A stretch of 63,123 bases of DNA, filler included, from Reticulomyxa filosa (GCA_000512085.1; 18 parts of 18 records of this genome joined end to end with filler, not necessarily neighbours in it); one strand, 5' to 3'; positions 35,177 through 46,374 are shown, numbered from the whole stretch's first letter. Program-made: numbers and translations. The notes: generated from the letters alone by a model not told the origin.

Positions 35177-37858
35177 TCAATTAAATCGAAATGGTGTTTG
35201 TGTACGTGATCCAAAGCTATTTTCATTATCTTTTGAGCTGGACATGTCCAAAGTAACAGACTGCAAACTCAAGTCACTTTGACTAACAACACTACTTCTT
35301 CTCCTTGCTGATTGTGAAAAAATCTCACCATAGTTTGCCTGCCGCATAACATTAATATCATTTACAGCTGCCAACGATGTTGATAACGTTTGTTGTCTGT
35401 TGAGTGTATAGTCCGTTTCTTTATCATTATGTTCAACATTTTTTGATCGTTTTTTGCTTTGTCGGAACAACAATGCGTGTTTTCCAATATCGAAACAATA
35501 TTTCAGTTGACGAAGGCGGAAAAACAGATAAGAGATCAATACGATCAAAAAAATGCCCATTTCGAAATTCCATGTCAAATGATGTGACTCCGCAAAGTGT
35601 CCCATTACAACTGCTATGAGCGCATGTATTAAGAAAAAGGCATAAGAAATGTTAAAAATGCGATCTAGCATAGTCAAATAAGGCACCTGGTTTTTTTAAA
35701 AAATTATTTATTTGAAAGCTGCATTCGTGTGAAAAAAAAAAGAGAAGGGGTCTTCCACACACAAAAAAAAACTAAAATAATAATGATCTCAACTGGAGGC
35801 AAACTTGCTCCCACAGTCCATTTAAATGTGAAGTAAGTCAATAATAGTGCCACAAGTCCATCCATGCGATCATAAATAGGTTCAAGTTCAAGAAAGTAAG
35901 AATTCATTGCGACAAAGTCAGTGATAAGCAAAGGGAACAAAACTTGGTACAAAAAATTTTCGGCACGTCTGTGAATCGGGATGTGTACAATTAAACGATG
36001 GAAAATGTGTCGTTTTTTTTTGAACTTTTTCAATTGGCAATACGGTTTGCCAATGTCCCAATTGACTCCTCCGAGTCCTAACAAAATGCTGTCTGTGGAG
36101 AACGCGGCACGTACATTCTTTTCGTCAAATCGCGCAAACTCCATGTCTTTGTCCAAATCGAACACGAGTTTCAACGTGTGAAAATCGAAAGGATACTTGT
36201 CCAAATGGAAGTATTGTGCAAATGTTCCGACCAAATGTGCTCTTTGGAAATATGCACCATTGTCCAATTTCATTATCGTCAACTCTCCACTTTTCGCGTA
36301 TCTGTCCTCCGCGCTGATCACATTGCTCACTTTGACGTTCCACGCCATGTCAAATGTTGAGTTGTCTTGTTGTTGTTTTTGTTGACGAAATGCAAACTCC
36401 TGAAGCGAGTTGCTTCCCGATGTGCAACATAAAAAATTAAAGTGACACCCAAACGACAGCGTTGCTGGCGCTATTGACGTTATGTGCTCGATTCGAACGT
36501 CCACTGCCAACTCTTGTGGTTCTGGTGGCAACTGTAACATCCAGGCTGCATTATACATTCACATATACCATTTTACACATATTTTGCTTGTTTTGTTGTT
36601 GTTCGCAAGTGGGAATGTTATCATGTCATGTATGAAACTTTTTTTGGGAAGGGGGAGGGAAGTCCCTCGCGTTCATATATTACCTTGTCGCAGTGGTATC
36701 AACATTAAACCAGTAATAAAATTCCACACTTTGTTCCAAGCTTCTTCCAGTTCAGCATCCCACGATGATGCCAATACATCTTGTAACATCGCAAAAAATG
36801 CTTTACGACCATAATGAAAGTGTTTTGGTTTCACACCTAAATCATAATGTCGCAAACCTAATTCATTTATGGCACGTACCATCGAATCCGTGTCGGTTTC
36901 TAATATTCGTAACACTTGTCCAAAGACCAACACAAAATGTACATTTGCTGCGCTTCCGAATATTTCAGTCATTGCCTTTTGTTTGTAGTTTGTTTTAAGT
37001 TTGAAACTTGGAGTAAGAAACCCTGTCAAAGGGGTACAACAACAAACAACGATTATTGATTTGAGTCAATCCAAACCTCATTTAATCGGAATAACACTTG
37101 AAAGAATACTTGTCCACATCGCTCAATATTTTGCTCAACCAAGTTCCATGAGCCTTGTGCTAAGGAAACCTGGTGAGAAGTGGGTTGGAGTTTTTCTATG
37201 CTGAAAGGAATTTCCTCGTGGGACACCAACATGACCATAACAAAAGCAGTATATTTTTCCCAAGCGGTTCGATTGGTCTCAGTCCACTGCGCTCCCAGTA
37301 AACTCCGAATCGTTCCTAACAAATGCTTACGGGTTTCCACTAGCTCTGACGAATCAATCCCTTGGGCTTCATGAATTTGCACAACGTGCCCCAAATACGA
37401 TGCCAACTCCATAAAGACGGGGTCTTTCTCAGTACCCTCCCAATTGTTTTCTTTGCTGTTTTGTTCGTTATTTTCGGCTATCTCCTCTTTTTCGGAGACT
37501 TTTTGTTTCAGCTCTTCTCCCATCTTTTTTATAACTATGTTCCACGCATCTATCACGGATGTCACGTTTAGTCCACGGCTTTGTAATGTCTCTTTTTTTT
37601 TTAATATTGCATTGTAGTTACACACAATGACATGACAAATTTTAATACATGCGGACACAACAAATAACCTTTTTCAACTCCTGAGTCTTTCGTAATACTT
37701 TCAGTAAATTCTTTGATAAGTTGTGCTCGCCTTGCGTACAGTTGATTCCAGGTTTTCATAACTATCTCTTTATCATCTTTTGTCAAGTTGTTCCAGTAGG
37801 TGAGAGCAGATAGTTCATGAGTTTGCATATTTTCTTTATTTGCATTTTTATTTTCCAT
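35177..37858 (-). CDS. Globin-globin-pentameric ligand-gated ion channel fusion (predicted 752 aa, 5 exons: 37858-37669, 37591-37077, 36975-36684, 36545-35794, 35686-35177)
   Basis: Two 3/3 globin folds (KTWNQL...QIHEAQGI...TAWEKY and GSWNLV...FFQVLF...EIF...LGLRHYDLGVKPKHF...EAWNKVW). These are followed by a pLGIC beta-domain with FHLDKYPFDFHTL, pre-M1 RR, M1 NFLYQVLFPLL, M2 DRMDGLVALLLTY, the M2-M3 loop SLPPVPYLTMLD, M3 and M4. All four GT-AG introns are phase-compatible and the exons total 2259 nt. Confidence 0.88.
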
Positions 37859-38165
37859 TTTTTCAATTGATTGTGAATATTGTTTTCAACAACCAAAAAA
37901 GACACGCCCAAGAACAGATTAGGAGTACATTTTTTTTTTCACAGCAATTAGATTTTTTTATTGAAATCATAAACTGATCTTGTTTTGTTTAAATGCAATT
38001 CTAATTTTCTCTGCAAACAAATTTTCGTGGCAAATAGTATAAAGATTCGTAAGAAATTTTTTCAAAAACTCTTCTTTTTTCCCCTTTTTCTCGTTTTGAC
38101 AAGGACATAAGTCTTTTTTTAAGGGTTAGTATATATAATCATCATCTGTCAAACAGAATCGCACA

Positions 38166-38579
38166 ATGACAGGAAAATCAAGGACTGATAGTCCTTATAT
38201 TGAAATTTATGAATATCAACGCAAGTCAGTGGTGTTTTGGAGGACCCCTTTTTTAATTAACGATCCCTCCCCGTTTGCAGTAGTGAAAGGGCATACGAAA
38301 AGTACCAAATCTTATCCACTTCAGTTTGGCAGATGTTTTTGAAAGATTTGCAATTGAAAAAATTGTGTTTGTGTCGAGTTTGGGATGTACTAAACAACAT
38401 ACACACATACACATGAAAACAAGAGCAATAGAAGAATATAAATTGCCAAATCATTTAGTTTGGGAAGGAGATTGGACAGTGAAGGTTGACTCCGCGACGA
38501 CAGATGATTTCGGATGGGTGTATTCAGCCAAATTCGATGGTACCTTTCACAATGATTTCAAATATTGTTACTACGTCAG
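38166..38579 (+). CDS. DysF (dysferlin/Pex24-type) domain protein, 5' part
   Basis: EIYEYQR...W..PFLINDP, then EEYKLPNHLVWEGDWTVKVDSATTDDFGWVYSAKF...YVR, the Trp-rich DysF signature. Truncated by the contig end. Confidence 0.8.
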
Positions 38580-38748
38580 GTCAAACAAAAAAAAAAAAAA
38601 AGGGGGAAGGAAAGGGACAAGAAAAAAAAAGGTTTAAAAAAAAAAAANNNNNNNNNNNNNNNNNNNNNNNNNNNNNNNNNNNNNNNNNNNNTTAATTAAT
38701 TAANNNNNNNNNNNNNNNNNNNNNNNNNNNNNNNNNNNNNNNNNNNNT

Positions 38749-39093
38749 AAAAGTGTTCGTTTGTGGGATATTCGATCTGATCAACAAATTCAAGTGTTCA
38801 ATGGACATACCCAATTTGTGTATGCTGTTGAATATTCACCATTTGTAATAAAAAATAGTGATTGTAATTCAAATGTGATATGTTCTGGATCAATTGATAA
38901 TACAATTCGTTTTTGGGATATTCGATCAAACAAGAGTGAATTGCATATCGTCAAAGGAGATGAGAAAGAAAGTGATGGGATATTATGTCTTAAATTTATT
39001 GCATTGAAAAAGAAAAATGAGGCAAAGGATGTCAAATATAATTTGAGTTTGTGTTATAGTTCATGGAATGGTCTCATTCGTATTTGGGGATAA
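38749..39093 (+). CDS. WD40-repeat protein, C-terminal part (5' truncated)
   Basis: SVRLWDIRS..QIQVFNGHT...ICSGSIDNTIRFWDIRS...IRIWG*. Confidence 0.9.
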   Translation, partial: KSVRLWDIRSDQQIQVFNGHTQFVYAVEYSPFVIKNSDCNSNVICSGSIDNTIRFWDIRSNKSELHIVKGDEKESDGILCLKFIALKKKNEAKDVKYNLSLCYSSWNGLIRIWG

Positions 39094-39767
39094 TTACTTT
39101 TTTGTTGAACAATAAATGAAAGCGTTTTTGTTTGAAAAGTTTGCTTAAAAAAACAGTAAGTTGATAATTCTTTTAAAAAGTATTTGACTTGAAGATTCCT
39201 AAAAAAAAACAAAAAGATTTAAGTGTTGATTTATATGCATTCCTGGAACATTGAAATAATATATTATTGTATTGTTTTCCAAAAACATAGCAAGATCAGT
39301 TTAAAATTTATTTTGCTTAAGTGCAGAAAAAAAAACAGTATATTGCGTGAGATTTAACAAAAAAGTTATTGATTACTCCATTCAGTAACTTCGAGCACTT
39401 GTTTTCAATTATATGTATACATCATTCAATAGACAATATCCAATTTTGAGTATTTTTAACTGTGGCATTAATCCTTTCATATCATTAATGGAATTGAAGA
39501 GCTACCGATTTTTACATTTTTCAGATTTAAATATTAAATTTGGAAGTATTAAATCCATTTATCATCATCAATGCTTACATCGATTTGTGTTCTTTGTCCA
39601 GTATTGCAATAAATAAATCTATATGTCCATTTAAATTTTGTGTCATCAGTTTCTTTTGGATAATCTCATTTTTTCATTAAAAAATAAATTTGTTGTTGAT
39701 AAGTATCAACGTGAATAGTGAGTTCCTCCTTTCATTTCAATATCACTCATTTATACACTTTTTCCAA

Positions 39768-40203
39768 CTATGATGAAGAACAAATGACATTTTGACGATT
39801 ATTATGATAATGATATGATGAAAATTTCACACAATACACAAATGATGAATGTCCATTGAATGATCGAATTTGTTTGTTGTTATCAATATCACATACACGA
39901 ACTGTATTGTCATCTGATCCAGAACAAATGAATCGACAATTACCAAATGTCGAATAATCAGTACTACACACATACTCGATACGTCCAGTGAATGTATTGA
40001 TTAACTTGGATGATGAACGAAATGTGTTAAATATGAAGACAGTACACGCCTATGTTATATAAAAATTTATTTTGATTGCTCAAATGAAAAAAAAAACAAA
40101 TGGGCTAACATAATTTACAATGATTTTGTCAAAATCTTTGACCCACCCAAATTTGATATGTAACATTCTAATCCAGTAGATAATTATTTGGACTTCTTCT
40201 TTT
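39768..40203 (-). pseudogene. Truncated WD40-repeat paralogue (N-terminal box exon + about 1.5 WD repeats)
   Basis: Exon KEEVQIIIYWIRMLHIKFGWVKDFDKIIVNY, intron 40109-40050, then FRSSSKLINTFTGR...ICSGSDDNTVRVCD...FNGHSS...VICSSS*. GH has become GR, WD has become CD, and there is an early stop. Confidence 0.82.
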
Positions 40204-42566
40204 ATTATTATTTCAAATAAATTACTTATTAAATGAAGTACAACATTTTTAAAAGTAGTTATTTAAAAAAGTTATCTTAAAAAACTGGATATAAATGAAC
40301 AAACGGAAAAGACAGAAATTGAGGAAACAAATCTGGGAATCAATTAATTTGTAAGGATATTGTAGTGATGAAATTTGTTGGGCATCAAAAGCCAAATTAC
40401 AAGTATATATGAATATTGGATTTGGTTATTTACATTCATTTCAGATAAGACATCTCTCAATTATCTTGATTGTAAATTTGATTGTTAAAACAACGTTTTA
40501 TAATTCTAAACTTTCTATTTCTTGAAGTAATGATTCCATACCTGTGAAGGATAACAATCATTAACGTTTTATATACCATCAAATCTGGATTGTCATATGA
40601 ATTGAAAAGACAATATGCTAAAAATATTGAAGATTCGAGAGAAAGGGTGAACACGCAATGAATAGAATTGAAATTAAGATTTTAGTGAGAGAGCTGCAGA
40701 AATACGAAATCACAGCTGTGAAACCACCAAGTGTAAAAGGAAATGAAAGATCATTGGAAAAGATTCAAGCAGATTATGGTGATGATTTTAATCAACATTT
40801 GCTATTGGAAGATTTACAATGTTATGTGATAATCCAATCAAATTATAAACTGCTGTTGCAATCATATGAAAAAAGGCAGAGTAATTTAACCTGACTGTAT
40901 CTGAAGATAAAGACCTCTTTGATAAACAATCACATTATTAAATTACGTGTTTTCAAAACATGATGTATATATTGAAATGCAAGTAACATTGAAGAAGTTT
41001 ACAACATTGGAAGGATATATTATTATTGAAAATCCAAAACTAAGTTATTTATGGACATGTTCTGGCACTAAAAACCTAATAATTAAATGGAAGAAGAAGA
41101 AGCAAAATAAGCAAGTGATGAAACATTGACTAAAATTAATGATATAATCTTTGAATGAATTGATGAAAAGAAATGAAAAAAACTGAAAATCATTACAATC
41201 ACATTCAGAAAGTCGAATGTTGAAACATCCACAACTAAAAGAAATAAATGAATAAGAAATCAACATTAAAAATGATTAAAATTCAATCCAAAGCAAATGA
41301 AAGGTATTATTTATGTAATTTTATTTGAATATTTCAAGAAATATAACAAAAATCAGCAATTTGATGTGGGCATCACATTGGATGAAATAAATAAGTATTA
41401 ATACTCATGATTATTCATTTAATGTTAATAATTTCAACTAAATTTTTGTATCTGATTGAAAGTAGTTGCTATGTTCTGTTGCAGCAGCAATTTTTGTAGA
41501 CAAATACATCTCACACATTTGTCTTCCTACATCAATATATTACAAGGAGAATGGATTTGTTTTCACTTTTTTTAAACTCAATTTTGATTCCTTTGTTTAA
41601 AAAAAAATGCAAAATAAGAGATTTTGCTTGTAATATCAATTTTGAACTGATTTCAATTGCATAAATTTGTATAATTCAAAATCCTTGTTCTAGTTTTTGC
41701 CTTTTAAAAATCTATCATCACAAGTAATTTTTGTTGGTGTGTCAAATCGTTGACATTTTCCCAAATGCAGCAAAAAAAATGGAGTTTTTTTAAAATTAAA
41801 AAAGACTATTCTAAAAGTTTTTAAATTGTTTTTACAATTCCTCCGAAGAATAACGAATATGCAATGTTTCTTGAATGCAAAAGTACAAGTTTGTTGAAAG
41901 ACAACATTTAACCCGGCTTTGTTTGTTTCATAAAAAAGACACAAATATCTTTTTTGGAGTCGCTCCAATTAATGGAAGTACAAGTCACATACGTAATCAT
42001 TTATTTTTTCTGTAATAGAAATGCACTTTAATCTTATATCTTACACATAATTGTTTTGATTAAAATGAAACTTTTTTTAACCTGGATTCGATGTTCTTCA
42101 AAAACACATTTGCACGAGTTCAAATAAAATAAAGAATAATAATTGACAAGTCGATTCATATATGTGGAATAGTTTACCTTTTTTTTTCCAAAATTATTTT
42201 ACAAAATATTGGTTGAACAGGGACTACAAGTGTAAATCATTTAAAATTCTTAATAGCTGATTTTTACCTGTCATTTTTAAGGAAACAAGTTAATTCAAAA
42301 AGAAAGGTATAACATCCGTGTTTCCAATGCTTTCTTTTTCAAGACTGCCACAATCTCAGTCTTGGTTGATAGATAACGATGTTTAACAAATGGTACTACT
42401 TTTTCTCCATTGCATTTCAATTTTCATTGTTCAAATTATGTGAAATTTTTGTGTTTCATTAACCAAATAAAAAATGTCCATGTAAAATATTTTTTGTTTT
42501 CTCAAAAAGGGTCGTGCACGTCCCTTTTTTTAAAAAATTAAATTAAAAAATCCTAACATTAACAAT

Positions 42567-43875
42567 ATGGGCAATCAAACTACAACACAAAACTCTCCGC
42601 AAAGAGAAAGTAAACAAAGTCAACAGCTTAGTAAACACTTTCAAACTTTGAAGGAGTTGCCCATTCCACTTTTTCAAGCTCAATGTGTGCTACACAAACA
42701 CGAACTCCTCATTTGTGGAGGTTATCAACAAAGATCTTGTTATTCTTATCATACACTCAAAAACGAATACAAGTTTATCTGTGAGTATCCAAGTCATGTT
42801 GAATTATGTGGACACTGTATAGTGCAACTGGTAAATAACAACAACAAAGGCAGTAATCAAATCACTTTGTTGTCTTTTGGGTCTGATTATTATGGAGAAA
42901 ATAAACATACATTGGTGATGAAATATCTAAGTGTTTGGAGTGATGCCAATAATGAAAATGAAATGAATAATTCAAAGGAATTGAATGAATTAAACAAATT
43001 AAACAATTACAATCAATGGATTCCTCTCACAGACAATAACAATCATCCAATTATCATTGGAGGAGATAATGATAAATATGAAGGAGTGCGTGCATTGATT
43101 GGTGGAATCAACAATCATTTGTTATTTCTCACTTATTTAGAAAATAATATTAGTGTGTTTGATTTAAATACATTTCAATTTATTAAACATGATATATTAC
43201 CAACTGAGAATTTAATATGGTATCATTGCTTTGTATCAAATTCAGAAAATGGACAAGGACAAGAAATGATGAAAACAAATAAACAAAATTATCAAATGCT
43301 GTTATTTTGCTTTAAGGCAGGACTATCAATTGAATATGATGAAGATAACAACATTTTTCAATTTCATCAACTACCTGTTTGTGACGATATTGCACCATTC
43401 TATAGATATGCACATGTGTATATCAATGATATCATCTTGTTCTTTGGTGGAAGTAAGTTCAATATTGTTTCAAAATTAGTGCACAAGTATTCAATTCGAG
43501 AAAACAAATGGATAACATTTGAAGACACTTTACCCAATCCATTAAAAGATTGTGTTGCAATATTGAGTGATGAAGACAGTCTTATACACATCATTGGAGG
43601 AAGAGATAATAAAAAGGCAATATTATCAACTCTCATGAAGACTAATGTGCGTGTATGGGATCATTCACAGTTGGTAATTTTTTATTTTTTTATTTTGATG
43701 AAACACAAATAAATTATATATATATATATATAACTGATTGACAAATAATAAATAATAAAATGAACAGTCAAAACATGAAATAAAATTAATTATTGAATAT
43801 TGGATTCGAATTTTAAAGATAAAATTAGGATGGATTGACGATTTTAATAAAATTATTATGAAGTGCAGTAGATAA
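42567..43875 (+). CDS. Kelch-like beta-propeller protein, apparently intact (exons 42567-43673, 43768-43875; 404 aa)
   Basis: Kelch-type GG motifs (LICGG, LIGG, FFGG, HIIGG) and YSIRENKW. A phase-0 GT-AG intron leads to the terminal exon SKHEIKLIIEYWIRILKIKLGWIDDFNKIIMKCSR*. Starts MG. Confidence 0.88.
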
Positions 43876-44762
43876 AATGAATTTTGAAGAAGCACTAAAA
43901 AAAAAGTTAGCAATCAAAACAAATAACAATATCAGTTCATCTTTTGAGTTTTTTCATTCACTTGCTTGCATTTCTTTTTTGGTTTGTTTTTCAAAAACGG
44001 AGATATACTGACAAGTTAAAAAAGTCTTCAAATGCGTAATATGAATGATATTATTTTTGAAAAAACTTTGTTTTTAATGAACGTATAATTAAATGGAGAA
44101 TGAGTTCCTTTTTTAATGCAAAAGTAGAAAATTTTTCTGTTTAAAAACAAATCCAAACTTACAAAAGTCAATCATTATTACTGTTTGTTCTTTTTTTCAA
44201 CCTGTTTTGCATTTGCAAGTGTGAGTAAGAAAATTTTCACTGAACCATTTCTGGACTTAAAATTTATCAACTCTTTTTTTTGTCTGAAGATTCATTATCA
44301 TCTGCTCTATTTCATGTGTTCCTTCCCCTTCTAAGAAAAGAGTCCTCGTTAATGGTGGAAACAATCGAAAAAAAATCAAAAACAAAGAGCTTTTAATGAC
44401 TACGTTTAAGCAATAAAAAGTGTGCAATTTTAAGTTTTTATTTTCACAATTTTGTTGAAAATAACAGAAAAAGAAAAAAATTTTGATCATTTGTTTTTGA
44501 GTGTTCTATTTGGAGAGGTGCATTTGTTTATAATCAACCGATAGTTATTGAACAACATACAATAACAAAAAGCAATAATATTGTCATGAATAATGAAAAA
44601 ACAACTGTCCAAAATTGCATCCAATGGAATATACAAAAAGGTTCTAAATAAATGAAACAAGCGAAATATTAAAGCATAATTAGAGAAGAAAGACATAGAT
44701 AAAGTATTGTTTAATTTAATGACATAGCATTGTTCGAGAAAAAGTCTACATTTGTGTTTATC

Positions 44763-45530
44763 AAATTGAAAATTATTGCTGTTTTCATCATATTCAATTA
44801 ATAGTCCTGTATTTTGACAAAACAGCATTTGATAATTTTGTTTCTTTTTTTCTTGATTTGTTTTCATCATCATTTCTTGTCCTTGCCCATTTTCTGAATT
44901 TGATGCAAAGCAATGAAATTGAATATAATTAGTTGGTAATCTATCATGTTTAATAAATTGAAATATATTTAAATTAAACACACTGATATTATTTAATTGA
45001 TAAGTAATAAATAACAAATGACTGTTGCTTCCTCCAATCACTGCACGCGCTCCAAGATAAAAATGATTTTCATCGCTTCCAATGACAATTGGATCATTGT
45101 TATTATTTGCAAAAGGAATCCATTGATTGTAATTGCTTAATTCATTTGATTTGTTTGATATATTACTCCAAACACTTACATATTTCATCAGTAATGTATG
45201 TTTATTATACCCACCAAAAGACAGCAAAGTAATTTGATTGATGCCATTGTTGCAATTGTTCTCTACCAATTTTATTACACAGTGTCCCCGTAATTTAATA
45301 TCACTTGGATACTCACAAATAAACTTGTATTCGTTTCTGAGTTTATGATAAGAATAACAAGATCTTTGATCATAACCTCCACAAATGATGAGTTCGTGTT
45401 TGTGTGACACACATTGAGATAGCCAAAGTGGCTTGGGTAACTCCTTCAAAGTTTGAAAAGGGGTAATAGGATATTGACTTTGTTTAGTCTCTCTTTCACA
45501 AGGTTTTTGTGTCGTAGTTCGATTACCCAT
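44763..45530 (-). pseudogene. Kelch paralogue truncated after about 255 codons
   Basis: MGNRTTTQK... is collinear with the 42567 gene up to IEYDENSNNFQF, then runs into unrelated sequence. Confidence 0.82.
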
Positions 45531-45950
45531 GTTGTTAATGTTGCTGAAGTTTTTCAAGTTAACTTTTTTAAAAAAAGCGAATTGATGTGACCCTTTGAAA
45601 AAACAAAAACAACAATGTATTCTTAAATTCCAAAAAACTTTTCTTTTCAAAAATTATTGTTGCATTAAAAAGAGTAGATACAATAACAAAGAAAATTACA
45701 ACAAAATAAAAACATTCATTTGAATTTACTATAATATGATCTTTAAAAAAAGGTGAGTGAAAAAGAGATTGACATTAAACAAAAAAAATAGTAACAACAA
45801 AAGATGTAAAAGTTAAGTATTTGAAGTCAGTTGTAGCAATACTATGTTTTTATTTTTTTATTTTAATACAAAGAGGATTTATGAAACATCGTCTTTTTTA
45901 AATAGAAAAATGGAAACAAATAATTGTGTTGCAAGAAAAAAAGAATGTAA

Positions 45951-46345
45951 ATGACAAAAACTGACTTGCAATCATTTTTAGTCGAATTAATTGCAAACCA
46001 TAAACTTTACAAAAATACTAAAAAATACGATGTATTGATAATAATAATTTGTGGACATAGACAGAAAGGAAATATGTTTTTGACAAGCGATAGAAGCTCT
46101 TTATCAATTGACAAAAAACGCACAACATTTAATTACCATGAAGCGGAATCTTTCAAAGATTTTCCAAAAATATTTATTTTGCTGTTTGTCGTGTTGAAAG
46201 AACAAATATAAACAAAGAGATGTCATTATATGAAAATAATGATGGATTTTTGACAATTTGGCCAATCACACAAGTACATCGAATTGCCGATTTTTCATTT
46301 TTGAGTAATTATATGACAAAGATTGTCAAATCCAAATACAAGTGA
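45951..46345 (+). pseudogene. Caspase-family (peptidase C14) pseudogene
   Basis: YDVLIIIICGHR (catalytic HG motif decayed)...LTSD...FKDFPKIFI, then a frameshift to xVCR (DxCRG-like), then NDGFLTIW (p10-like start). Confidence 0.7.
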
Positions 46346-46374
46346 AAGCAAATGTTGGACAGTATCTCTTATCT

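Noticed and set aside
36673-37029. Stand-alone single-domain globin ORF with its own start and stop
   Set aside because: It lacks the A/B helices, which are in the upstream exon. A strong AG|GTAATA donor just before the stop splices in frame to the channel, which has no convincing start of its own. Not formally excluded without RNA data.
44487-45650. 387-aa ORF as a full kelch protein
   Set aside because: The true start is the ATG at 45530 by paralogue comparison, and similarity stops at ~44763. The extensions are non-coding read-through.
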